A DNA stretch of 36,231 nucleotides from contig DASXBV010000064.1 in NCBI GenBank assembly GCA_036491515.1, positions 1 to 36,231 of the forward strand, given 5' to 3'. Below the pieces are notes generated by a model. It made no database searches. It was not told the origin of the DNA and saw nothing but the letters and a program-made list of their open reading frames with translations. Positions 26,690 through 33,749 of the stretch are shown here, piece by piece. This DNA is from Chthoniobacterales bacterium (GTDB lineage: Bacteria > Verrucomicrobiota > Verrucomicrobiia > Chthoniobacterales > JAFAMB01). The stretch's first letter is position 1. Each line of letters starts with the position of its first letter. A program made the translations under genes and the position numbers.

Positions 26690-26771
26690 GCACGAGTGCT
26701 CATCAGCCTGAAACCCGGGAAGTCCTCGCCCACCAGGGCCTTTCTATGCTACACATCTTGTACCCGCAATC

Positions 26772-27440
26772 ATGGAGAGTCCCCGAGAAAAACTGCTGAA
26801 GAGATTCGCCCGCAACCCTCGCTTAACCCCTTCACAAATCAGTGGAACGGCCGCCGTCCAATTTGCTCTGAATGAGTTACTCGCCGAGGGCGCCATCCGA
26901 AAATTGGACGCGTTCTACCTGGCCGAACATGAACCCACCATTTATACCGAAAAGGCACGGATAGCGAAACTACTGGAAGCGAAACCGAAACTCTTTCGCG
27001 CTTCGTTTTTGCTGCCAAAAATCCGCGCTCTAAAGCCTCTGGCGCGCACAGCACTTGCCGAGCTGGTCGATGAGCGCATCGTCCTGGAACTGCCGATGCA
27101 CGGCAAGGGGTCTACACTGCTTTATATACATCGCAGCCATCTGGCCCGCGCCGAGCCGGCAAATGAGGCAATAGGAAAAGGACCGCTCGAGGAACGAATC
27201 CTCGCGGCATACCGTGACGGCTCAACTGCGCGCCAAAGGCGATCGATCCCCATTTCCGAATTGATCCAACGTTCCGGCCTTTCTGCCGGTGAAGTCCGCT
27301 CCTGGATCGTAGAGACCGGCATACCATCCCGCAAAGTGCAACTGGACCAGGGCGATTGGGCATCCGCCAGTGAAGATGAGCGTGCTGCGGCGATTGAACA
27401 GGGCGGCCGGAAACGACTCTACATCGCGATTGAGCCATGA
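26772..27440 (+). CDS. Cassette gene A: small protein with two to three winged-helix-like modules (hypothetical)
   Basis: 222 aa. wHTH-like segments include LTPSQISGTAAVQFALNELLAEGAIRKL, ARTALAELVDERIVLEL and IPISELIQRSGLSAGEVRSWIVETGIPSRKV. The stop overlaps the gene B start (ATGA at 27437-27440). Confidence 0.6.
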   Translation: MESPREKLLKRFARNPRLTPSQISGTAAVQFALNELLAEGAIRKLDAFYLAEHEPTIYTEKARIAKLLEAKPKLFRASFLLPKIRALKPLARTALAELVDERIVLELPMHGKGSTLLYIHRSHLARAEPANEAIGKGPLEERILAAYRDGSTARQRRSIPISELIQRSGLSAGEVRSWIVETGIPSRKVQLDQGDWASASEDERAAAIEQGGRKRLYIAIEP

Positions 27441-29470
27441 AGTTCGAACTAGCCGGGTTGTCGATCAACCCATTCGACAAAGATGTCGTTCACAAACCGC
27501 GCGAATGCCCAAGCTCGGTCGCTACACTCAACGAAGACATCCTTTCCCGGCTTATCGCCGCATTCGGTTTGGTAGATGCGAACCGGACTCTGGTCGGAAA
27601 CAAGGCGGAACTCATCCTATCTATCGCCCCCGGCTACGGAAAGAGCCATCTCGTCGGACGCTTGTTTAAAGCGCTGGATCGCAAGGCAACCCAGATTTTT
27701 CTCACACCGTTCCAGACAGTGTCATTGTGCTGGCAGTCTATTCTCCTTCACCTCGTTAATGAACTCGACTATCCCGACTCCAGTGACGAAACCAAGTGGG
27801 CTTTTGACGAACCAAGGCAGCTCGATGCGCTCGCAGAAGGAGTTCTGAGAAACCTCGTCGCCAACGCTATTGATGAGGGACTTGTCAAGATTGTGCAAGG
27901 GGGGTTGCAATCAGAACAATTGCGCCAAGCCTCAGAGATTTCGATCGGCAAGGGCTCGGATCCCAGGAGCACCTGGCTCCGTGACCATTTCATTGACGAA
28001 CTTTTGCCGCTCTGCCAACAGCAACTTTTTCCGTTACGATTGACCTCGACCGGGTGGTTGAAAGTGCTGTTCCATTATCTCACCTCTTCGCCAGGGTCCG
28101 ATATCCGGCAAGGTTGTCTGGCTTGGCTCAGGTATGAAACCCTCGATGACTCGGTGCTTCAATCCCTCGGGATGGGACCGGGCGAAAACCCGAGAAGCGA
28201 GCCGGTGGACGTCGTGAATAACGCTTGCTGGCTGCGTATCCATGATTTCTGCAAGCTGGCGCGCTATTTCCGTCCCTTTCTTTTTTGTTTTGACCAGACT
28301 GAAGACTACAAGACGAATCTGGAGCTGCTACAGCAATTCGGGCGAGTCGTCGTTCGCTTGGTGAACGAAGTGCCAAACCACCTTACCGTCGTGACTGCAA
28401 ACCAGGTGATTTGGGATGAGAAAATTCTCCCAAATATCGATGACGCGCATCGCGATCGTTTTTCGGTCTCAAAACAGCTCCGCGGTCTGGACCGTCGGGA
28501 AGCCGAGGAACTGATCAGATTACGGCTAGCCCCTTTCGCTCCTGCCGAAGAACTCCTTGACCGATTTGCAGACCAGAGATGGCTCGATGCCCTGTTCTCC
28601 GAACGCAAGACGCTGCCCGCCCGTGAGTTTATGCAGCAATGCAGAGACCGTTGGGCAGGCGCAAAAACTGCAACTCCAATCCCTCCGCTAGATCACATTT
28701 TTGAGGAATACCTGTCCGAGTTTCGCGTTAATTTACGCTGGCGACATTTTGATCCCGATGTGTTCCGATGGCTCGTAAAGGGTCCGCTCGCTACGGATCC
28801 GGCGATCGTCTGCTCGGAAAACAAAAAAGAAACCCCTTTCGCCGAACTCCAATGGAGCGTGGCCGGGCGGGCGGAGATTCTGTTCGGATTTGTTCGCGAG
28901 TTGCATTTTACCCAATGGAGAAAAATCGCCGACGTTGCAGACGCGTGGCGCGCGAAACATTCCGGCAAGGTTGCTAAGATCATCTATTTTCGGTCCGAAG
29001 AACTGGATCCGGTTCCAAAACCCTCATGGACGAAGACCGGACCGGCGATCCGCGCGTCGCTCGGATCCGGGCTGGTCGTGCTGACTAAAGAAGAAAGCGC
29101 AGAATTGAATGCCGCGCGAGATCTCTATCTCGAAGCGGTTTCTGGAAATGTGTCCGGGTATTCCGGAGAGGATGTCCTCCGGTTTCTACAAAAACGACTG
29201 GCGCCCTGGCGCGAACGAATTTTGCAAATTCCGTCGTCATCGCATCTCCACCAGCCGGAAAATCGTGCTACAGGCAAGCCTCCAACCAAATTGTTATTGG
29301 AAAAGTTACGAATCCTTGTGCAACAAGAGAAATTCCTGAGCCTCACCGATGCTCTCGAAAAGCTCGGCGCAGGATGCAGCGAGGACCTTGTACTCGAGGC
29401 GTGCGAAAAAATACCGCAAATCCAAAAGATCGCTCATCCGAATATGGTCGTGCTCATATGGCAAGGATAA
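27437..29470 (+). CDS. Cassette gene B: large P-loop NTPase (AAA+/ORC-like or BrxC-like) with widely separated Walker A and B motifs
   Basis: 677 aa. Walker A is SIAPGYGKSHL (nt 27626-27646, K69). The candidate Walker B is FLFCFDQTED (D286, nt 28292), followed by a sensor-like HLTVVTANQ. The C-terminal segment LLEKLRILVQQEKFLSLTDALEKLG looks like a wHTH. Confidence 0.65.
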   Translation: MKFELAGLSINPFDKDVVHKPRECPSSVATLNEDILSRLIAAFGLVDANRTLVGNKAELILSIAPGYGKSHLVGRLFKALDRKATQIFLTPFQTVSLCWQSILLHLVNELDYPDSSDETKWAFDEPRQLDALAEGVLRNLVANAIDEGLVKIVQGGLQSEQLRQASEISIGKGSDPRSTWLRDHFIDELLPLCQQQLFPLRLTSTGWLKVLFHYLTSSPGSDIRQGCLAWLRYETLDDSVLQSLGMGPGENPRSEPVDVVNNACWLRIHDFCKLARYFRPFLFCFDQTEDYKTNLELLQQFGRVVVRLVNEVPNHLTVVTANQVIWDEKILPNIDDAHRDRFSVSKQLRGLDRREAEELIRLRLAPFAPAEELLDRFADQRWLDALFSERKTLPAREFMQQCRDRWAGAKTATPIPPLDHIFEEYLSEFRVNLRWRHFDPDVFRWLVKGPLATDPAIVCSENKKETPFAELQWSVAGRAEILFGFVRELHFTQWRKIADVADAWRAKHSGKVAKIIYFRSEELDPVPKPSWTKTGPAIRASLGSGLVVLTKEESAELNAARDLYLEAVSGNVSGYSGEDVLRFLQKRLAPWRERILQIPSSSHLHQPENRATGKPPTKLLLEKLRILVQQEKFLSLTDALEKLGAGCSEDLVLEACEKIPQIQKIAHPNMVVLIWQG

Positions 29471-31293
29471 CTGTCACGCAACTGAAACACGCCTCTCTCA
29501 ACAAGGAATGGCGTGACGCCTGGATTCGCGACCTATCCACCCCTACGCCAATCGCTCGCGCACCCAAAAAAAGTGTGCCCGTAAACAGCACGTTATTTCA
29601 TCGCCTGGTCGAACAATTCTCGGACTGGCTTACCGCGGAACCGAACCTCAAGATGGCAGCGAAATTATCCCGCTATGATAATCTCTGGGACGCGTTCTGG
29701 AATACGTTTGCGAAGAAAGAACTGCTCGCGCTTTTGCAGCAGCAGGGACCTGAATCCGCGGATCGCTTGACGAAATCCCTGAAAAACTGGTGCCAACAGT
29801 TACTGACGAAACGCGATGCTGCCGCTTCCTTCAAGAATTGGCGAAGTCTTATCCTGACCTCTGAATACCAGTTCGACGATATTCCCGTCTCAACCGCTCG
29901 GGGTATTGTCCATGTTGCCGGACGCCCTGACTGCGTTATTCTGGAAAACAGCGGCCCTGTTGTCGTTGACTACAAGCTCTCGCGCGGCGCAAACCTCAAA
30001 ACGGATCTCCTTCAAGCCGTCATCTACGCCGCGCTCTTGCAGCGCGCCCGCCCAAGTCTGCTCATTTCCGCGCGGCTCGAATACTACGAGCCGCATCTGC
30101 ACGTCATCGCCCAAAATCCCGACCAAATCAAAAGGCTATTCGACGAACTGGTCGCGCCAGTACTCGAGGCACTCGCTGCGCATTTCTCCGAAAATCCTCC
30201 CGAACCGGCCGGGGCAATTCAATCTCATACACAACAACTGCCGTGCCCTAACTTCGGAACTGAGATCGTTACTGCTTACCACGCCTATGGTGTAACCGTT
30301 CAAGTGGTGGATCGATTGGAAGCTCCTCAGCTTGTGCGTTACCGGCTGCAAATGGGCGAGGGAGTGAAGTTTAACCAAATCGAGCAACACTCGACCAATC
30401 TGAGAATTGCATTGGCGTTGCCCTCTGAACCGATGATCTCAGCCGGCCCGGGCTTTGTCTTCTTTGACGTCGCGAAACCGCAGCCAGACACAGTCCAATG
30501 GTCAGAGATCACCAATTTTCCCGCGTTTCGGCAGCATCCTAGCGTCACCGCTTTTCCGGTGGGTATAGGCGTCGATAACCAACCGATTATTGCTGACCTC
30601 TCCGACCCAAATATGGCTCACGCGCTCGTGGCTGGCACAAGTGGAAGCGGAAAGAGCGAGTTTTTGAAAACCGTCGTTGCCACGCTTGCTGCCCGAAATT
30701 CACCGGCCCAGCTGAAATTTTCTCTGATTGATCCCAAGCGCCTCACGCTGGGAATGATCCGCGACAACCACTACCTCGCGGGCCCTGTGATTTTCTCGCT
30801 CAAACAAGCTTTGATCTGCCTCGCCGATGCAGCCGAAGAAATGGATCGGCGTTACGACGCCCTACTTCAGGAAGGGTTCACCAAACTGAGTGATCGATTT
30901 GTATCTGGTAAGAAAGACATCCCGTTCCGTGTCCTCGTTTTTGACGAGTTTGCGGATCTAGTGCATTCCGGCAAGGAAGGAAAAAAGGAGTTCGAACGTC
31001 TCGTGGTGCGCATTGCCGGTAAGGGCCGAGCGGCGGGCATCCATCTTGTTGTCGCGACTCAACGTCCTGATCGCGAGACCGTGAGCGGCTTGTTGAAAGC
31101 CAATCTTCCCCTGAAGGTTTGCTTCAGAGTTACCAACTCAGTGAATTCAGCCATTGTCCTCGATCAACCTGGCGCCGAAAGACTCCTTGGGCGCGGCGAC
31201 TTCCTTTGCGACCGAGGCAAAGGCCTTGAACGCGGCCAGGCTTCACTCATCTCCCAGGACCAATTCCTGCAAGCCTTAACGCGCCGTTCGTGA
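29458..31293 (+). CDS. Cassette gene C: RecB/Cas4-like PD-(D/E)xK nuclease fused to a soluble FtsK/SpoIIIE-family ATPase
   Basis: 611 aa counted from the ATG at 29458, which overlaps the end of gene B by 13 nt. Nuclease motifs: GRPD (nt 29920-29931), VVDYK (DYK at 29968-29976) and QAVIY. FtsK core: VQVVDRLEAPQLVRYRLQMGEGVKFNQIEQHSTNLRIALAL, Walker A GTSGSGKS (30634-30657), Walker B VLVFDEFAD (DE at 30943-30948) and HLVVATQRP. No TM segments and no gamma domain. Confidence 0.8.
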   Translation: MARITVTQLKHASLNKEWRDAWIRDLSTPTPIARAPKKSVPVNSTLFHRLVEQFSDWLTAEPNLKMAAKLSRYDNLWDAFWNTFAKKELLALLQQQGPESADRLTKSLKNWCQQLLTKRDAAASFKNWRSLILTSEYQFDDIPVSTARGIVHVAGRPDCVILENSGPVVVDYKLSRGANLKTDLLQAVIYAALLQRARPSLLISARLEYYEPHLHVIAQNPDQIKRLFDELVAPVLEALAAHFSENPPEPAGAIQSHTQQLPCPNFGTEIVTAYHAYGVTVQVVDRLEAPQLVRYRLQMGEGVKFNQIEQHSTNLRIALALPSEPMISAGPGFVFFDVAKPQPDTVQWSEITNFPAFRQHPSVTAFPVGIGVDNQPIIADLSDPNMAHALVAGTSGSGKSEFLKTVVATLAARNSPAQLKFSLIDPKRLTLGMIRDNHYLAGPVIFSLKQALICLADAAEEMDRRYDALLQEGFTKLSDRFVSGKKDIPFRVLVFDEFADLVHSGKEGKKEFERLVVRIAGKGRAAGIHLVVATQRPDRETVSGLLKANLPLKVCFRVTNSVNSAIVLDQPGAERLLGRGDFLCDRGKGLERGQASLISQDQFLQALTRRS

Positions 31294-31345
31294 ACCGGTG
31301 GAATTGCGTGAGCCCCTACCGGCTACCGGGGCGAGGCTTAGGCGG

Positions 31346-31846
31346 CTAGGCTATTTTCATCGACATCTGCGAACCGTGACATAGCGTCTGGTAAACGACG
31401 CAATAGCGCTCAGTCAATTCAAGCAACCGCGCTCGCTCGTCCGGCGTTGCATCGGAGTCGAGCTCAATGCGAAGCCTGATCTGTTTGAAGCCGACCTGGG
31501 CATCCTTCCCGACGCCCAAAGTACCCCGAAAATCGAGGTCGCCCTCGGCGGTGACGCGACCACCTCGAAGCTTCACGCCAAGCGCAGTCGCAACAGCGGT
31601 CAACGTCACCCCTGCACATGCGACGAGAGCTTGCAAAAGCATGTCTCCCGAGCACGCTTCCACCCCGGTCCCTCCTGTCGCCGGGTGAAGACCCGCCTCA
31701 ACAATAGCTTGTCCAGCCGGAACGCTGCACGCAACGCGGTCGTTCAGGGTACCCTCCGCCCGCAAAGTGATCAGGGCGGATTGTGGATCCTCCCGATAGC
31801 GTTGCTTCAGTGGAGCCTGAAGGGCTCGAAGTTCATCTCGATTCAT
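31346..31846 (-). CDS. OsmC/Ohr family peroxiredoxin-like protein
   Basis: 166 aa with the OsmC-like pattern, including the two Cys contexts EACSGDMLLQALVACAG and TERYCVVYQTL. Confidence 0.8.
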   Translation of the reverse strand: MNRDELRALQAPLKQRYREDPQSALITLRAEGTLNDRVACSVPAGQAIVEAGLHPATGGTGVEACSGDMLLQALVACAGVTLTAVATALGVKLRGGRVTAEGDLDFRGTLGVGKDAQVGFKQIRLRIELDSDATPDERARLLELTERYCVVYQTLCHGSQMSMKIA

Positions 31847-31888
31847 ATCTTTCGCAGGTGCGCCGCAGCCTTATTGACCGGTCGCCGC

Positions 31889-32335
31889 TCAACCGCAGGA
31901 AAGTTTGAGCGCTTGATAAACCGGGTTGCTTCCCAGCTCTGGATGCTTGGCAAGCAACTCCGCGTCCAGCCGCCGAGCCAAGTTCCTTACTTGTTCCCTG
32001 AATACCGGGAACGGTACAATGACTTCTCCCGGTGCGTAACTCCCGGAGATTACCACCTCCAGGCCTTGGCGTTCAAAATTAAGGGTCGCCTCCGACTCGG
32101 TAAACTCAAAGGTTTCGTTTCCCTCTGCTACGGCCAAAGCCTCCGCAATCTCTCGCAAAGCCAATGCAAAATCGATCAAAGGAATCCAACCCCAAATTGC
32201 GCTCAGGTCTGTCTGGTCTGCTCGGAGAATGATGTCCCCGGGCGCAACATAGTAGCGGAGATCCGCCTCTGCCACAGTCGACAAATCCATGGTATCCTCG
32301 TCCCATTCTTCGGAAAGCCGGTAGTCGAGGTGCAT
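31889..32335 (-). CDS. Strongly acidic hypothetical protein (candidate immunity partner)
   Basis: 148 aa, D/E-rich (SEEWDEDTMDLSTVAEADL, ETFEFTESEATLNFE), with no signal peptide. It begins 34 nt downstream of the secreted toxin-like ORF on the same strand. Confidence 0.55.
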   Translation of the reverse strand: MHLDYRLSEEWDEDTMDLSTVAEADLRYYVAPGDIILRADQTDLSAIWGWIPLIDFALALREIAEALAVAEGNETFEFTESEATLNFERQGLEVVISGSYAPGEVIVPFPVFREQVRNLARRLDAELLAKHPELGSNPVYQALKLSCG

Positions 32336-32369
32336 AGTTAGTGTACGAAAGTGTCAACCCTAGATTCGC

Positions 32370-32783
32370 TCAAAACGGAAATGCGGTGATGAGTTGATTG
32401 CGAGGGCTCACCACGATCCGGAGCCTGCTGGCCGGTTCGCCATTGATCTTTACACCGATCGGCCGACTGAAATCGTACTCGTAGATTTCGCCAGGTCGCC
32501 CGTTCGTGTTCGGCCGGGCGCGCCCGTTTGCAACGGCTTCATTAATGAGTTCCCTAAGTGAGTCCTCCGTAATCCCTTGGGAGAACTTTCCCGCACCCTG
32601 GGCCGGACTATTCGGCCAATGCCTTTCCTCGATGTGCCGAAGCGCCCGCCCGGTGATGACAACTTGCCGTGCCGCTTCATTTACGAAGCCCATCCCGTCC
32701 TGTGCTTCAACAATACGATCGCCGAAGACAACCATGACCACTCCAACCCACACACATAAGATCGGAATCCCGGCGCGTTTCAT
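32370..32783 (-). CDS. Small secreted or membrane-anchored protein with an HxxxRH motif (candidate toxin/nuclease-like)
   Basis: 137 aa counted from the ATG at 32783. MKRAGIPILCVWVGVVMVVFG is signal- or anchor-like. The roughly 110-aa domain carries ALRHIEERHW. The alternative ATG at 32810 lies inside the inverted repeat. Confidence 0.55.
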   Translation of the reverse strand: MKRAGIPILCVWVGVVMVVFGDRIVEAQDGMGFVNEAARQVVITGRALRHIEERHWPNSPAQGAGKFSQGITEDSLRELINEAVANGRARPNTNGRPGEIYEYDFSRPIGVKINGEPASRLRIVVSPRNQLITAFPF

Positions 32784-32787
32784 GCTG

Positions 32788-33055
32788 GTGTCCTGTCCCC
32801 GAAATAACATGTATTTTGCCGGAGGTCAGTTGGCTGTTTTTCAAGGCGGTCCGAGCCGGACTGGCGGTAACGAAGCGCCCATACAACTGGCCCCGCCCAG
32901 AGGGTTGCGATGAAAATGGGCCGGCGGCTGTCCGGCGGCCGCCTGGCGGCCGCCGGATCGGTCACGTATCGATTCAGATATGCTCCGCTCCTCGCGCCTT
33001 GCCGGCGGCCCATTTTGATCGCAACAAAACACATGCTATTTCGGGGACAGGACAC
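32788..33055. repeat. Nested inverted-repeat element between rpe and the toxin-like gene
   Basis: Outer IR: 32788-32812 (gtgtcctgtccccgaaataacatgt) versus 33031-33055, 24/25 complementary. Inner IR: 32904-32927 versus 33002-33025, 22/24. A perfect 12+1+12 palindrome, ccggcggccgcc-t-ggcggccgccgg, lies at 32932-32956. Confidence 0.8.
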
Positions 33056-33064
33056 TAGAGACCG

Positions 33065-33721
33065 TCATAGGCCCCGTAACTCTTTGATTGCTCGATTTGC
33101 GTCCGGCGCTCTAAACACCCCTGTGCCGGCGACCAATACATTAGCACCGGATGCACGCGCGATCGCCGCAGTGTCTGTGTGGATTCCGCCATCGACTGCG
33201 ATATGAAAATCGAGTCCGAGGCGGGCTCGAAGTTCCGCCGCTCGCTCCACCTTGATCATCGTTTCCCTCATGAACTCTTGTCCACCGAAACCGGGATTGA
33301 CAGTCATGACCAGCAATAGATCAATTTGGTCGAGAAACGGTTCCAGACTTTCGAACAAGGTTGGCGGATTGATCGCGAGGCCGCAGGTCGCGCGTGCCGC
33401 TCGAATATTCTTTAGCGTGTTGCCAACATCGTAGTCAGGTTCGACATGGATCGTAATATTTCTTGAGTACGGAATAAATCGGGGAAAGAAATGGTCGGGA
33501 CGTTCCACCATGAGGTGTGTATCCAGAGGGATGCTGGCGATCTTTGCGACCGATTGGACAATCGGCGGCCCGAACGAGATATTATCCACAAAATGCCCAT
33601 CCATTACGTCGAGGTGCAGCCAATCCGCACCCGCCCTTTCCATACGTGCGCACTCCGCTCCGAGATGGTTGAAATCACAAGCGAGTACTGAGGGAGCGAC
33701 GACAATCTGTTTGCTGTTCAT
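33065..33721 (-). CDS. rpe: Ribulose-phosphate 3-epimerase
   Basis: 218 aa counted from the ATG at 33721 (MNSKQIVVAPSVLACDFNHLGAE). Also HLDVMDGHFV and MTVNPGFGGQ motifs. Confidence 0.93.
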   Translation of the reverse strand: MNSKQIVVAPSVLACDFNHLGAECARMERAGADWLHLDVMDGHFVDNISFGPPIVQSVAKIASIPLDTHLMVERPDHFFPRFIPYSRNITIHVEPDYDVGNTLKNIRAARATCGLAINPPTLFESLEPFLDQIDLLLVMTVNPGFGGQEFMRETMIKVERAAELRARLGLDFHIAVDGGIHTDTAAIARASGANVLVAGTGVFRAPDANRAIKELRGL

Positions 33722-33749
33722 CGAATCTTCCTTCTCTCTAGCCCTTAGC

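Noticed and set aside
26772-31293. The cassette as part of a conjugative or integrative element (FtsK/TraB-like DNA transfer)
   Set aside because: No integrase, relaxase, replication initiator, att-like direct repeats or tRNA target were seen in or around the islet, and the fused nuclease argues for DNA destruction rather than transfer. This is kept as the main alternative hypothesis rather than fully excluded.
31294-31345. Hairpin gcccc/ggggc (31312-31332) as a terminator between cassette gene C and the OsmC-like gene
   Set aside because: It has only 5 bp with an 11-nt loop and no T-tract, so it is too weak to call. It is noted as a possible degenerate relative of REP family 1.
32780-33206. 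ORFs 32780..33055 (-), 32816..33058 (+) and 32910..33206 (+) in the rpe/toxin spacer
   Set aside because: They are generated by the inverted repeats and the GC palindrome, which encode the same MLFRGQDT/MSCPRNSM strings on both strands. Composition is R/P/A/G-rich and no motifs are recognisable.
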